This document shows, piece after piece, positions 1-15,000 of a DNA stretch of 39,764 bases. The position numbers and the translations under genes were made by a program. Source of the stretch: Candidatus Aenigmatarchaeota archaeon (lineage in GTDB: Archaea; Aenigmatarchaeota; Aenigmatarchaeia; CG10238-14; SpSt-28); NCBI GenBank assembly GCA_038733315.1, contig JAVYPJ010000001.1, positions 1 through 39,764 on the forward strand. Reading direction: 5' to 3'. Under the pieces are notes generated by a model. The model ran no database searches and was not told where the DNA came from. It saw nothing but the letters and a program-made list of their open reading frames with translations. Numbering within the stretch: the stretch's first letter is position 1; every line of letters starts with the position of its first letter.

Positions 1-2
1 GA

Positions 3-3000
3 AATATAGGATATATTACTCCTGGTGGTAAGGTTTTCTATCAACATTTAGTAGGACATGGTGGTGGTAGACTAGCCAAATGGTATACGTATCAAGAAAC
101 TCCTCTTATTATTTTAGGTCCCTGGCTCAAAACAGTAAGATATTATAACACTACTCCAACAGATGAACAACTAAATTTCCCATCATTTTTTGCTTGTGGT
201 AATTTTTCAACTAAGTTACAAGTTTTTAATAAAGGTAATTTACCTGCTTATAACTTTAGAATAAATGAAACAAAAATTGATATAATTAAAACTCATCCTG
301 GAGATTTAATTTTCTACGGTTTTAATCCTTCTAATCCTTATTTAGAGCAATCAAAACTAATTAGCTGGGATGGAGGAATAAATTTCATAGCTACTGGCAA
401 AGATAATGCAATAAACTTTACTTATTCAATTTTTGTACCATATCAAACCAATGGTACTTTTAGTTTTCAAGCTTTAGCGCTTAATAATACCTTTAGCTTT
501 TTCGATGAAGAATATATAATTTCAATTTCTTGTGGAGCTTCTTTAAGCATAGATGAAATAAAAATAAGAAAAGGAGAATATCCAGAACCAACTATATATG
601 TTAACGATATTTTTAACATTTCAGCAAATATTTATAATGATGGTCCAGGAAATGCAAGTAATGTAATAGTTTGGATTAATTATACAAATGTAACTCCGAT
701 GAGAGGATTAGAAAATTTAAAAATTTATAATTCTAATGGAGAAGAAAGCAATATTATTTATTTAGGAAATATTTTACCAAAGGAAACAAAAATTGCCTTT
801 AATGACTATTATTTTACAGTAAATACTTCAGGAGTTTCTCCGGGAATAATAAGATTTTGTATTAATGCAAATGCCACTGAAAATTCCACAGTAGTTTTCT
901 CTTGCAGAGATATTACAATAAATGCTCCACCAGCATTAATTGAATTAGAAAATCCCATTGCTATTTCAAAAGAAACAGGCTCATCTTTTGGCTCTTGGAG
1001 CTTTAATTTTACTTTTAATATTTCTGTAAGAGTTTCGAATTCAGAAAATGACATTCAAATATGTGCATGGTTTAGTAAAACTGGAATGGAACCATTTAAA
1101 CTAATTGGTTGTGATATTTATCCTGCTCCAGGAAATAATATCGGAAGTTGGAGAAATTATTCTTTTGAATATTCTCCAAGCTGTGAAGATATTGGTAATC
1201 CTGTATTTATTAAGTTTAATGCAACAAACTTTGCAGGATCTTCTAATTCTACAACATTACCATTTACTATCACTAAAAGTAAAATAGTATTCGATGAAAT
1301 TTTAGGAAATAATACAGAAAGTAGAAGAGGTAAAATGCCTACAATTCTTAGTGTTAGAGTAAAAGATATAAATGGAACTTATATTTCTAACTTACCATTA
1401 AGATTTTACGTAACTTTAAACGAAATTGTTTTTGATGCAGGTAATATAGTTTATACAAATGAAAGTGGTTATGCAAACTATAACTTTTTAGCAGTTTGTA
1501 CTCCAAAGTATTTAGTTGGATATCAAAAATGGAAAGCTGAATTAAAAGATAACGAATGTTATTTTGATAATTCCACAGAAAATTATTTTGATTTAAAAGT
1601 TTTAGTAACTGGAGATATTTTACCATATATAGTTAGGCCAGATGGTAGTACAAACTATACTCAAGAAGATACTATTACATTCTTAGGTTATGTAACAGAT
1701 GATTGTGGAGATCCTTTAACGGCAAGCGTTATATTTTTTGCAAATCATAGCATAGAAAGCTTTGAATGTTCAGATGTAATTCAAGTAGGTTCTAATGCAT
1801 ATACTTGCGATTGGCATACAGAAATTACTACACCAATGGGTTGGTATAATGTTTCTATGTATGTAGAAAAAGAGTTTCATTATTCGAATTGGAGTATAAA
1901 AGCTGAAGATCCTGGATTATTCTATTTAGAACCTATTTATAAATTAGAAGATCCACAAGCATATCCAATAAGAGAAGGATGGGGGTATAAAAACTGGAAT
2001 TTTAGTGTATTTGCATCTAGTGGAGATAGTGAAAATGAGTTTGATGTAAATATATATTTAGGAGATTTGTGGCCACCAGCAAAGCCCTGTGAAGAGTGTA
2101 TAAACATTACTCCAAAAACATGCTTTAATTGTTATAAGCAATTGGTTGTATTTTTAAGGAATTTTACTGCATATGAAATAGGTACTTGGTACTATAGATT
2201 TTCCTTAGGACCAACATCAACTACTCAAGTTAAATATGTAATAGTTGAAAAAGATGATACAACAATGGAATATGTTAGTGGAAATAATTCTATAGTAATA
2301 AGAAATTCTCAACCAGCATTACTTTCTGTTAGAGTTTTTGATTTAGATGCAAATACTTATGAATTAAATCCGCCTGCATTAGTTACTTTTAAATTATATG
2401 ATGAAAGATATCCAAATGGATATAAAGTTATTGGAAGTGTTTATACAAATTCTTCTGGATATGCAAATCTATTGCTAAACATAACAGAATGTACTGGCTG
2501 GCTTGAAGGAATTCAAAAATGGGGTGCAGAAATAGATGATAATGATAACTATTACAAAAAATCTTCCATAGGAAACTTTACAATAGAAATTCAATTACCA
2601 GGATGCCAGCCGCAAGTAGATATTTATTCGATAGAATTACCAAAAGAAGCATTTCAATATAGAAATTTCACAATAGTAACATATGTTACTTCTTGGGTAG
2701 GAGATGCTGAAGATGTTTATATAAATATTACTTTACCAGATGGTTGGTATACTGATGAGCAAACTAAATATTTGGGAAAAATAAATGCTAATGAATTCAA
2801 AAAAATTTATTGGAATGTTTATGCTAGTACATTTGGAGAGGGAAAAGCAATTTTCTATATAAACTCAAGTAATGCTGGTTATAAAAGATTGGAAAGCAAT
2901 AATATTATTGTTTATAAATTTTCTCAATCAACAATAAACTCGCCAATTAATATTAATAGTAATGATTTTGACATTTTAGAATTTGATTGCGAAACTGGTA

Positions 3001-6000
3001 ACTATAGAATTGCAAATCTAACAATAAAAATTTCAGAAAATTCAAATAATTCAATTCTAAAAATTGAAACATTTAACTCTTCTAACTGGATAAAAATTGA
3101 AAATAATTTAGAAGTTATTAGCAATAGCTTCTATTTTATTCCAATATTAGCTAATCAAATTTCAAGCAATTCTGATGGAAAATGTTTAGTAAAAATAACA
3201 AATGTTGGAGATAAAAATGTAATTATAGAAAGTGCAACCCTTACTTCTTACTATAATGAAACTTTAAAAATAGATGGCATAAAAGTTTTAGTTAATAATT
3301 TTGAGATAGAAAGCATAGATAAAACAGAAAGCTCATTTAATATTTCTGTTAGAATAGGAAATTCTTTAAATATAAATAAAGATGGTAATTTAACTTTAAA
3401 GATTTTGAAAGATGGAAAGGAAATTTATTCGAATTATAAAGAATTTACAATAAATGCAAATAGCTTTACTTTTGTTAATTTTACTGATATTCAAACAAGT
3501 GATTGGGAAGAAGGAATTTATGAAATAATTGCAATACTTAATTCTTCAAACGAAATTAAATTATTAAAAAGAGAAATAGTTTTTAGTGAAATAAAAATCG
3601 ATATAACTTCTCCAAAATATCAATGTAATTCTTCAACAGAAAAAATTTATTTAGAAATTTATCAGCCATTAGAAGATTATATTTCTTATAACATTTCTTT
3701 ACAAATTCCAAATAATTGGAATTATAATCCTAAATACATATACTTAGAGCCAAAAGGTAAAGGATTTTATTTTGCTGAATTTAATTTAACAGCATTTTCT
3801 AATATTGAAGAAGATTATCAAATAATAATTGTAATTAATTACACTTACGCAAATAATACAAAAAGTTTAATTAAACCTATAAACATAAAAGTTTCCCCAA
3901 ACATTCCAATTTTAGAAATTATAAGAGAATTACCAAGTTTAGTTTCCACTTCAATTGTTTTTAAGCCAAGAATAGTTATTCATAACAAAGGTTGTGGGAT
4001 TGCTAATAATGTAACTATTAAAGAATATATTTCAGCCGGTTGGATAGGGGCAAACCCAAGCATTGCAAAGAATGAATATGCTAATGATCCAGAAGTTTCT
4101 GATAAGGATGTTGATTTAATTTATTCTGAAACGGACTTAATAAATAATATACTAACTTGGCAATTAAGCGATATTAAGCCAAATAAATATGCTGTACTAA
4201 CATATCAAATAAAAGCCCCTCCAACATTATTTACAGCAGGTTACTTAAAGTATAATGTAAGTTGGAATAATGAATATTATATTGAAGAAAAAATACCATC
4301 AAAAGTTTATACATATAGATATCCAGAAGAATCTCATTTAGAATTTGATTTAATTGCTATTCAAACCTTAGAATATCCATGGCCAGAAGTAAGAAGCATT
4401 CAAGTTAATAGAGAATATAACTTTACTTTAAAAGTTACAAATATTGGAGATATAAATACTAATAATGATTGGACTATTAAGCTTTATATTCCAAAAGAAT
4501 GCGAAGTTATTAATGTAGAAAACGGAATATGGAATGAAAGCGAAAGAAAAATAGTTTGGAGTTTACCAAATATTTCAACTTATCAAACATCATATTTTAA
4601 CTTTACTTTGAAATGTAATGAAGAAAAACAATATGTTTTAATTGCTGAAGGAATAAGAGATACTAGAAGTAAAGTAAGCTTTGAAAATTCTACATCAATT
4701 TATTGCGAATCTTATTCAAAACCTGCATATTGCTATTCTAAATTAGATTATATTTTAGCAAAACCAACAAATGCTAGATATGAAAAATTATCCAATATAA
4801 CTATTGAGTTTTTGAATAAATATTCTGGAAATAATTTAACAATTGGAAATTCTTACATAAAAATTTTTGATGATTTGCTTAATGAGCATATAATATGGCA
4901 AGACTATTCTTTCGAAGAGAAAAATGAAATAAAAACAAAGCAGCTAATAATTTATGAAAATCAAGAAAATTTTGTTAGTAATATAAAAACTTTTGAAATT
5001 AGTTCATATTCTGATGCAACAGAAAATACTTATACTAACATTTCAATACTTAAAATTTATTATACTTGGGATTTAGGAAAATTGTTTAATGAAACTCAAA
5101 ACCTATTTATAAAATCTAAGGTTTATGATTATACACCTCTATTCAGAAATGCAAAGCTCTATATTAATGGTAACGATTCTATAAAAGTTGGAGGCTGGGG
5201 AGAAAAATTTGAATTTAGTGTAGAGGTTAGAGATAGATTTGGAAGAGATGTTATAGTTAGAATGTATCATAGAAAAGTAGGTGGTGAATGGAGTTTAGTA
5301 GATGAAAAAGTTTGCTATTCTTGCTTAGAATGGACTCAATTTAATTTTAGCTATGATTACGATTATACAGATATATCAAATTGGGAATTCAAATTTGAAG
5401 GAATAAATTCAGATGGTATTAGCGAATATTATGGATTTGTATATACTGTTGAAAAAGATGATGTTGAATTAACACCAATTCAACCACAATGGAACGAAAC
5501 AGTTTTAAGAGCTTATGGATATAACTTTACTATTTACGCTTTCGATATTGATAATAAAACTATTCCATATGTTTTAGAAGATTATAAAGCTTTTGTTGCC
5601 TTAGGTCAATATGGAAATAACTTAACTTATAAAATATATACATTATCTCCATCAATTAATGAAAGTGGTTACATAATTTTAAAAGTTACTAATGCAGAGT
5701 TTTGCAATCCAATAAACAACTATTATTTAGGTCAAAACTACTGGTTTGGTGGAATTCAAGGATCTGCATATTATAAAGATGTTAATACAAGAATTCCACC
5801 ATATAATGCATTACCATATGTATTAATAGGAAGCTTATATAATAACATAATTTATCCAATTAATGTTAACTTTAGTTTCGAATTAGATACAATTACTTTA
5901 AGAGGAGTTGTTTACGACGATTGTGGAAATATAAGAGCTGATGAAGATATGTATGTATATTTCAATTTAACTAATGGAGATTATAATTATCAATGCATAG

Positions 6001-9000
6001 CTACAAGAGTTGGAAATGAATTCCAATGTACATTTAATCCAAGAAGTTTAAGTGCACCCTTAGGTTGGTATAACATATCTATGTATTCTTCAAAGCCATT
6101 ACATACAGATGGTATTTATAGTGTAAATAATGCATTCTTCCTAGCAAGCATACCAAAAATAATTAATATATCTATTAATCCTTTTGGCGGTCCTTGGGGT
6201 TTAAGTCCATTTAATTTTAGTGCATACATTATTGATGAAGATGGAAATTTTGTTAATATAACTCATTATTTAAGAAAAGTTCCAGAACAATATTTTGTTG
6301 CTTATATTGATAATTGCACAAATTGTAATTATTATTTAACTTCTTTCCTTAGAAATTTTGTTTGTGATTATGAAAATATTGAAGTTGGAGAATGGAGATA
6401 TAAAATTGAAACTAAGGATGAAGCTGGTTTTTCAAATACATCTCAAGAAATTTCATTTACAATAGAAAAAGAACCAATTAATATATCGCTATTTGAAAGC
6501 GTTCCATTAATTAACAGAAGTAATGTACCAAATTCGAAAGCATACAATTTATCGGTGACTATATTCGATACTATTTTAAATAGAAATGTAACAGAAATAC
6601 CTTTTGTATATTTAAAATTAGAAGGTCCAGCAACTTTTACATATGAAATGGAAAAGGATGAAACTCAAGAAAAATATTATTATGAATTTCTTCCAGGTTG
6701 TAGTTATCCTGTAGGAGAATATAAATGGTATTCTTATGTTTTAAACGATTATTGCTATCAAAATGCAAGAAGTGAAAATTATACAATAAACATTTATGGA
6801 AGCCTTTCTGTTAACATAATTTCTCCAACAGATTATCAGATTATCCCAGAAGGACAAAGTGTAACTATAAGATCTAATGTTATAGATGATTGTGGTGTTT
6901 CAATAATCAATGCTAATGTTTATTATATTTTAAGAAATGAAAGAACTCAAGAAGAATTTAGATGTCCAGAAAGTGGGTTTGCAAATTATGATGGAACTTC
7001 TTATGTTTGCAATTTTAATACTAGTGGCAAACCTGGAGGAAATTATACTATAATAGCTTACGCATCAAGAAATTATTATTGGGATTCCCTAGCTATAAAA
7101 GAAAATGCATTCTTTCTAGTAACTCCAGTAAGAATTATAAATGTTACTATGAATTATGAGCATGATGGTAGCTGGGGTGAAATTCATAATTTTACAGCTC
7201 TAATAGATCATTATAATGATGTTATTGTATGTTTATTAGAAAAACCAATAGATGCACAAGAATATCAAGTTACCGAATGTAAATATGTAGAAAATCCATC
7301 TGGAGAAAAAAAAGTAACATTTAATAGAAGATATAGCTGTGCAGATTTTGTTAGAAGTCAATTCTGGAATTATAAAATTAATGCTACAGAGCCAGGGGTA
7401 TCTTCTTCTTATAGCGAAAGTCAAGAATATCAACATATGCTACAAAAAAATGATTTATCACTAATAATTTATTATAACGATTCTGAAGCAAAAAGATATG
7501 GAGATCAAAGGGCAAGATTAATAGTATATGCATATGATTTAGATCAAAAACAAGCTGCATATGTTAGTGCATATAATTCACCAAATATTAAATTTAATGT
7601 ATATAATGGAAGTTCTTTTGTTTTTGTTGGTGCAAACTCAACAAATTCTTCTGGATATTCGACTCTATTTTTCAAACCTGATTGTAGCTTTGATGTAGGA
7701 ATTAAAGAATGGTATGCTTATACAGAGGCTGATGCATGTTATAAAAATGTAATTTCTGATAGATCAAATATTACAATAGTTGGTTTGTTAAATCCATATT
7801 TAGTTTCTCCAATTAATGAAGAATATACAAGATATGCTGAACTATACATAAATCTTTCTGCAATTGTTAAAGATGAATGTAATTTAATTACATTTGAAAA
7901 TGCCAATGTTACATTTATTGCAAAAAGTGTTGCTTTTGGAAGCGAATACTTATGTTCAGACGTTACTTATTCTAATGGTTATTATAATTGTAGCTTAAAT
8001 GCAACTTTAATAGAGGAAGGTTGGTATAATGTAAACGTTACAGCATCGAACGTTTTATATTATGATGATTACTATTATCTTCAAACAAACTCCTTCAAAA
8101 TAATTCATAGCTTAGTTCCTCCAGTATTAAGCAATGAGTATGCTTATCCTGAGCAAGATGGAGGTTGGGGAGAAAGATGGTATTTTAGAGTTAATGTTAG
8201 TGATTTGAATGGAGACGATGTAAATATTTATCTTTGGATTTCAAGAGACGGAAGCAATTGGGAATTAGTAAATCAAACTATTTGCTATAATTGTGGATAT
8301 GAAAGAACTATAGAACTATCTTATAAAGGATTTACATGCGAAGATTATTTAAATCAGCCAATATACTTCAAATTCAATGCAACAGATGCTTATAATTCAA
8401 CAGATAGAAATCCTATAGCTTTATATCTTGATAAAGATGATTTAAGAATTGAGTATTATAGTGGAAATGAAAGCGAAATAATAAGAAATGTTGGTGGAAT
8501 ATTACAGGCTAGAATTTATGATTTAGATTTTGGAGATTATGCAGATTCTCAAGTTGCTCTATACGTAACTACTGATAGAAATAATTATAAGCTTGTAGCA
8601 ATAAATAATTCATTAAATTCTATAGCTACATTATTCTTTAATCCAACATGCGAATTTGATGTTGGTTTGCAATATTGGAAAATAGGAAGTTATAATGATG
8701 CATGCTATAAAAATGTAAACTCAAGCGATTTTAATTTATATGTAATAGGAAATATCGATGCGAACATAACTTATCCAAAAGGAGATAAATTCTTAAGAGG
8801 CTCTAATGTAACTTTAAATATTTCAATTTTTGATGAATGTTCACAAAACATTCCATTAGAAAATACAAAAATAAATATAACGATGATAAGTAATAGAGAT
8901 AAAAGCATAAGATATTGTACTGAAATAATTGAATTAGGAAATGGATTATACTCTTGCACATTTAATTCTTCTAACTTCACTCCAAATTATTATAACGTAA

Positions 9001-12000
9001 CTCTAAATATTTCTAAAGAATTATATACGAATAGAACAAAGACATTTTCTAATGTATTTTGGATTGAAACAAATCCAATACTATTTAATTTAAGGGCAAT
9101 TCCAAATGTTTTAGGCTGGGGAGAAACTTTAACAATAAAAGTTAACTTTACTGATGAAGATTTAGATACTCATACTATAAATGTTTATTTAATTAAAAGC
9201 GACTATTCAAGAGTAAGAACTAGAAATATTTTAAATGTTCAAGGAATAAATGTTGAAGCCTCTACACAATTTACTTTCACATCTGCAGATATTGGAGATT
9301 GGTTTGTAATTGTTAATGTAACCGATGATTTTGGCATTGCTGAAATAAATACTTCAATTACAATTGAAAAAGACGATACTATTATTGAATATATTAGTGG
9401 AAATAATAGTATAGTTCATAGAATTCATAATACAACAACTTTTGAATTAAGAGCTATAGATATAGATAATCCATCGAACAATATTTATTATCAGCCCGCT
9501 GGTTTTTGGGTTACTTCAGATTATGCTAATTATATTTATATTGGAACTGTATATACTGGAAATAATGGATATTTTAATATAACTTTTGATCCTGATTGTA
9601 GATTTGAAACAGGAATTCAAAAATGGAAAGGAGGATTATTAGAAAATACAAATTGGAAAGCATCGAATTCTTCAGAATATTTTGTTATAATAGTTTCTGA
9701 TTTAAGTGGAAATATTATTCAGCCAAATGGAAACATTCTTTTAAGAGGTGCAGATTCTTTAAATATTAGAGCTACTGTTAGCGATGAATGTAAATATGTA
9801 AATGGTGCTGATGTTTACTTTGTTGTAGGAAATGAAAACATAAATATTACATGCGATAATGTTATAAATGATAATCTAGGAAATTATACTTGTAGTTTAT
9901 CTTCTAGTACACTTGAAATATTGCCATATGGTTGGAATAATATAACTATGTTTGCAAGGAAAGATTTCTATGAAAATGAGTTAGTAATTACTAAACAAAA
10001 CGCTTTCTACTTAGCAGATAAGCCAAAAATTGAAGATGTTTATGTAACTTCAGCAACTTGGAGATGGGGGACTGTTTTTGAATTCGTAGGTAAACTATAT
10101 GATTTGGATCCAGATAATAAAACTGTTTATTTATGGATTAGTAGAGATGGTAGTAATTGGAGATTAATAAATCAAACAACATATTATGGCCCAACACCAC
10201 CAGGAGGAGTAGATATTAAATTGAGTTTTATTCCTACTTGCAATGATGTAGGAAATTGGTACTTTAAATTTAATGTTACCGACACTAGCGGATATTCAAG
10301 CGAAACATTTGGATATCAATTCGAAATACTCAAAAGACCAGCAGTTATAAGCGCTATAAGTGGATTAAACGAAATAATTCATAGAGAGGGTTCTGTTTCC
10401 ACAACACTAAGAATAAAAGCTATAGATGCAATAGATGGAGCAGATATAAATAATGCAAAAATAAAATTTATAACTATTAATAAAACTGGTCACGAAGTAA
10501 CTTATGAAACTTGGACAAACCAATATGGTATTGCATCTTACATTTTTGATCCAGATTGTTCTTACGGTGCTAATAAAACATATTGGAAAGCAATTCTATA
10601 TAATAATTCATGTTATGAAGATACAGTTTCTCCAAATTTTGATATATACATTTATGGAAAATTGTATAATAACCTTGTAGCTCCTTCACAAGGATCAATA
10701 TTTCCATCTAGAACAACATTTAATATTTCTTATTATATAACTTCAGATTGTAGTGATGAAGGATTAATTGAGAACGCAAACGCAGAGATTAAAGTGTATG
10801 ATCCGTTAAATCAAGAAATTATATGTACTACAATAATTGAGGAAAACGGATATTATAATTGTACTTTTGATACTACAGGCAAAAGAGCTGGTGTATATTC
10901 GATAACTCTAAACTCAACAAAACAATATTACTTCGGAAGTTATACTAATTATCCAAACTGGTTTAGCATATATAATTCTCCACCAACATATTCAAACATA
11001 TCTGTCTCTCCATCTACTTCTCCATGGACATCAATACTAAACTTTAGTGTTTATGTTTCAGATGCTGATAATGATGTAGTAAGATGTTCTCTAGAAATTA
11101 AAAAAGGTTACTCGTATATAGAAGTTGCAACTATGGAAATAAATGGAAATGGTCTTTGTAGTTTTTTGATTAGCGATTTTAGTTGTGATGATATAGGAAC
11201 TAATTACTTTAGATTCTCTTTAAGCGATGGATATAACGATATAGTCTATACAGAAGAGCAATCTTTTGAATTAACTAAAAGTCCAGTAGCTCTTAATTTA
11301 ATTAGTGGAAATGGAACAAGTGTAAGAAGAAATATAGCCTCGACAAACTTAAGAATTAGCGTTTTTGATTTAGTTAAAAATTCATTAGTCGGAACTTCAA
11401 TATTGCCAGAAGCATATGTGAAATTTAATATTACATTTGACAGCTTAAATTATATAAACTTAGATGAAGTTTCTACAACATCAGGATATGCAGAAGTTAT
11501 GTTTTCTCCAGATTGTTCCTTCTCAGCTGGAACTCAATATTGGTATGCCTACATTAGTGAAAACGATGTTTGCTACGAATTCAATCAAACAAATAATTTT
11601 GAAGTATATGTAATAGGTAGTTTAAACCCATCGGTTATTGAACCTACTAATTTATTTAAAGTATATAAAGGAAATAATGTAAGCATTAGAGCGAATATTC
11701 AAGATGATTGCAATGAAAATATTAGCGTAGATTTTATACAAATTAATCCAATAAGCAGAATTACAGGTCAAATGTTTAACTGTATTGTTTCAGAAGAAAA
11801 TATAGGAATCTATAACTGTAGTTTTGAAACCGTAGATAAACCAGCTGGAGCATATGATATTAGAGTAAATGTTTCTAAACAATATCATGTCTCAGCAATA
11901 TATACAGAAAGTAATGCGTTTTTCGTAGAAACCTATCCTTCATTAACAAACCCATCTGTTACACCAATAGTTGAGGGTTGGGGTAAAACAAGAACATTTA

Positions 12001-15000
12001 GTATTACAGCAAGTGATGAAGACAGAGATGCCTTATATGTCTGCTTATATTATAGACCGAAAGGAAGTGAAGATTGGATCTTAGCGTCTTGTAGAACGAA
12101 ACCTTCTGGCATTGCTTCACAAACATTAACATTTTCTAGAACATTTAGCTGTGATAATTTACTAGGACAAGAAAGTATAGAATATGAATTTTTCTTTAAT
12201 GTTACAGATGATGACAATAATATAGCGGAAAGTGAAATAAAAAACTTTATTCTTGAAAGAGATGATATTTCAGTCAGTTTAGCAGAGAGTTATGTAGAGT
12301 ATAATAGAAGTAGTACAGAAAAGGCTTCTCTAATAATTTCGATAAGAGATTTAGATGCAAATTCCTATGCAACAAGAGCTGTTAATGCAACATTATATGT
12401 AACTAGAATTCCAGGAACAACAAACTACTTTATAGATAACGTTTACATAAATAGAAATCCTGTTCTAGGAAACATAACATTTTACTTTCCACAACAAAAC
12501 AAATGTTTATATAAAGTAGGGCCACAAAAATGGTATGTAAGTATAAATTCAAGTTGCTATAAACCAGCGAATTCTCCAATAGGAACTCTTAATATCACGA
12601 GCTTGCCTCTAAATTCGACATTAATATATCCTATAGGAGAATATTTCCCACAAGGATATAATATACCAATAACTGTAGAAGTTTATGATGATTGCGAAAA
12701 AGTTGATGGTGCATCTCTTTCAATAGAAGTTATAAATCCAAACAACGAAACTATTGAATGTTATCCCGTTTCGAATCTTGGAAATGGAAGCTATAGGTGC
12801 TCGTTTAGCGATACTTATGTATTGGGAAGCTACACAATTAGAACACAAGCAAACAAGCAATACTATCCTGAAGGGTATATTAATGAATTTCCAAATGCCT
12901 TTTTCATTACTTCAGCACCTTTCATAGATTCCACAGAAGTCTACGCAAGTAGAACATCAAGCGAAGAGGGTGGATGGGGAGACACATGGTTCTTTAAAAT
13001 AAGAGTTTATGATGAAGATCAAAGTTTTATAGAGTTTGAAAAACTAAATATTAGTTTATACATAGATTTTGGTAATGGATACGAATACATATCTTCGCAA
13101 ATATGTGAAGCTCCAGAATGTGCAAGTCTAAAAGAATTTGTTTTTACGCATACATTTGATTGTTCAAAGATTGGTGATAATAAGAAATTTAAGTTTATAG
13201 TTAGAGATTTCTTCAATAATACTGTTGAATCTGCCGAAGGGTATTTTAACATATTACCAGATGAACCGCAAATAACAATTCTAAGAAAGCCAACAAGAGT
13301 TAATAGAGAAGGGAATTTTGCTGATATATTTAACATTTCTGTTATAGATGTAGATAGAGGAGTTCCAGCAAATGCTACTCTCACATTATTTATTACAACA
13401 GATTCTTCGAACTTTAATTTCTATGTTAATCTAAATTCCATAAATGGAATTGCTACATATAGCTTTGATCCTGATTGTAGATTTAGCGCTGGAATTCAAT
13501 ATTTCAAAGTAAGCACAAACGATTCTTGCTATAAGCTCAAAACTAGCGATATTGACGAATTCGAAATTATAGGAAGTTTACAAAACTATATTATTTATCC
13601 ATATAAAAATTCAGATATTTTAATAGAATTTGGAAAAATCGAAAATATAACTTTAAATGTTAAAGATGAGTGTGAAAATTATATTGAAAATGCTAATGTT
13701 AATCTAAATGCTATTTGGCCAAATAATTATATAGAAAATATTCCTGTTTATGAAGAAAATAGTGGAATTTATAATGCAACATGGAATTTAAGTAGAAAAA
13801 TTGGTGGATATTATTCTTTTGTTTTTAATTCTTCCAAGGAATATTATAATTCTAATTCAACATTATTCTCAAATTGGATTTATCTAAATAATACTCCACC
13901 AATAATTGAAAATATAAGTGTTAATCCATTAGTTGGTGGATGGGGAGAAACGTTTACATTTAGCGCAGATGTTTTTGATATTCAAAGAGATGATGTTGTT
14001 TGTAAGCTATATGTTTATACAGGTAAAAATACTTGGTTATATAAAGGAAATGTAACTATTAAAGATGGGGTTGGAAAGTGTATAATAAATGTTAGTGATT
14101 TTGATTGCTCAGATATTAATGTTACTTCTTTGAATATGTTTAAGTTTGAAATTTCTGATGTAAACAATGTTTTTAATACTACAGAAATTTTTGCACCAAA
14201 AATTGAACCAAACGATGTTGAAATAATTCTAATTTCTGGAAACAATTCTAACGTTAATAGAACACATGATTCTGTAACACTTTCAACTAGAATTAAGGAT
14301 TTAGATAGAAATGTGTTTCCGCAAAATGTTAATGTTAGCGTTTTAATAACAAACGATTCCCAAAACTATAGATTTGTAGGAAATGTTTATACAGATTCTA
14401 ACGGATATGCTATATATAACTTTGCTCCAGATTGTTCATATTCTGCTGGAGTTCAAAAATGGAAAATTAAAACTACAGATTTCTGCTATAAAGAATTAGA
14501 AAGTGATGAATATTTTGTAAATGTTTTTGCATGGTTAAATAATGAGCTCTTAGAGCCAATAGGTGGAGTAAAATATCTTAAAGGAAGTAATGTAACTATA
14601 AGAACGAGAATTAAAGATGAATGCAATATATTAACAGCGCCAGATATTTTAACAATAAAAATAAAAAGTAGTAAAACTGGAGAAGAATTTGAATGCCAAC
14701 CAATATTTGAAGAAGATATTGGATATTATAATTGCACATTTAATACAGAAAACTTACCAGCAAGGTATTATAATGTTACAATAAGCTCGTATAAAGAATT
14801 TTATAATCCAAGCATTATAACTTATAAAGATGCATTTAACATAAAAACTATTCCATATTTATATAATGCAAGAGCATTTCCGAGCAATGATGGAGGTTGG
14901 GGAGAAACTTGGTACTTTAAAGTAAACTTTACAGATGAAGATTGGGATACAAATACTGTTTATTTGTATATTAATAGAAGCTTTGGTTGGATTGGTTTAT

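Noticed and set aside
699..701. ATG699 as the start of the giant protein
   Set aside because: The frame is open to nt 3 with ectodomain-like sequence, and no signal peptide follows this Met.
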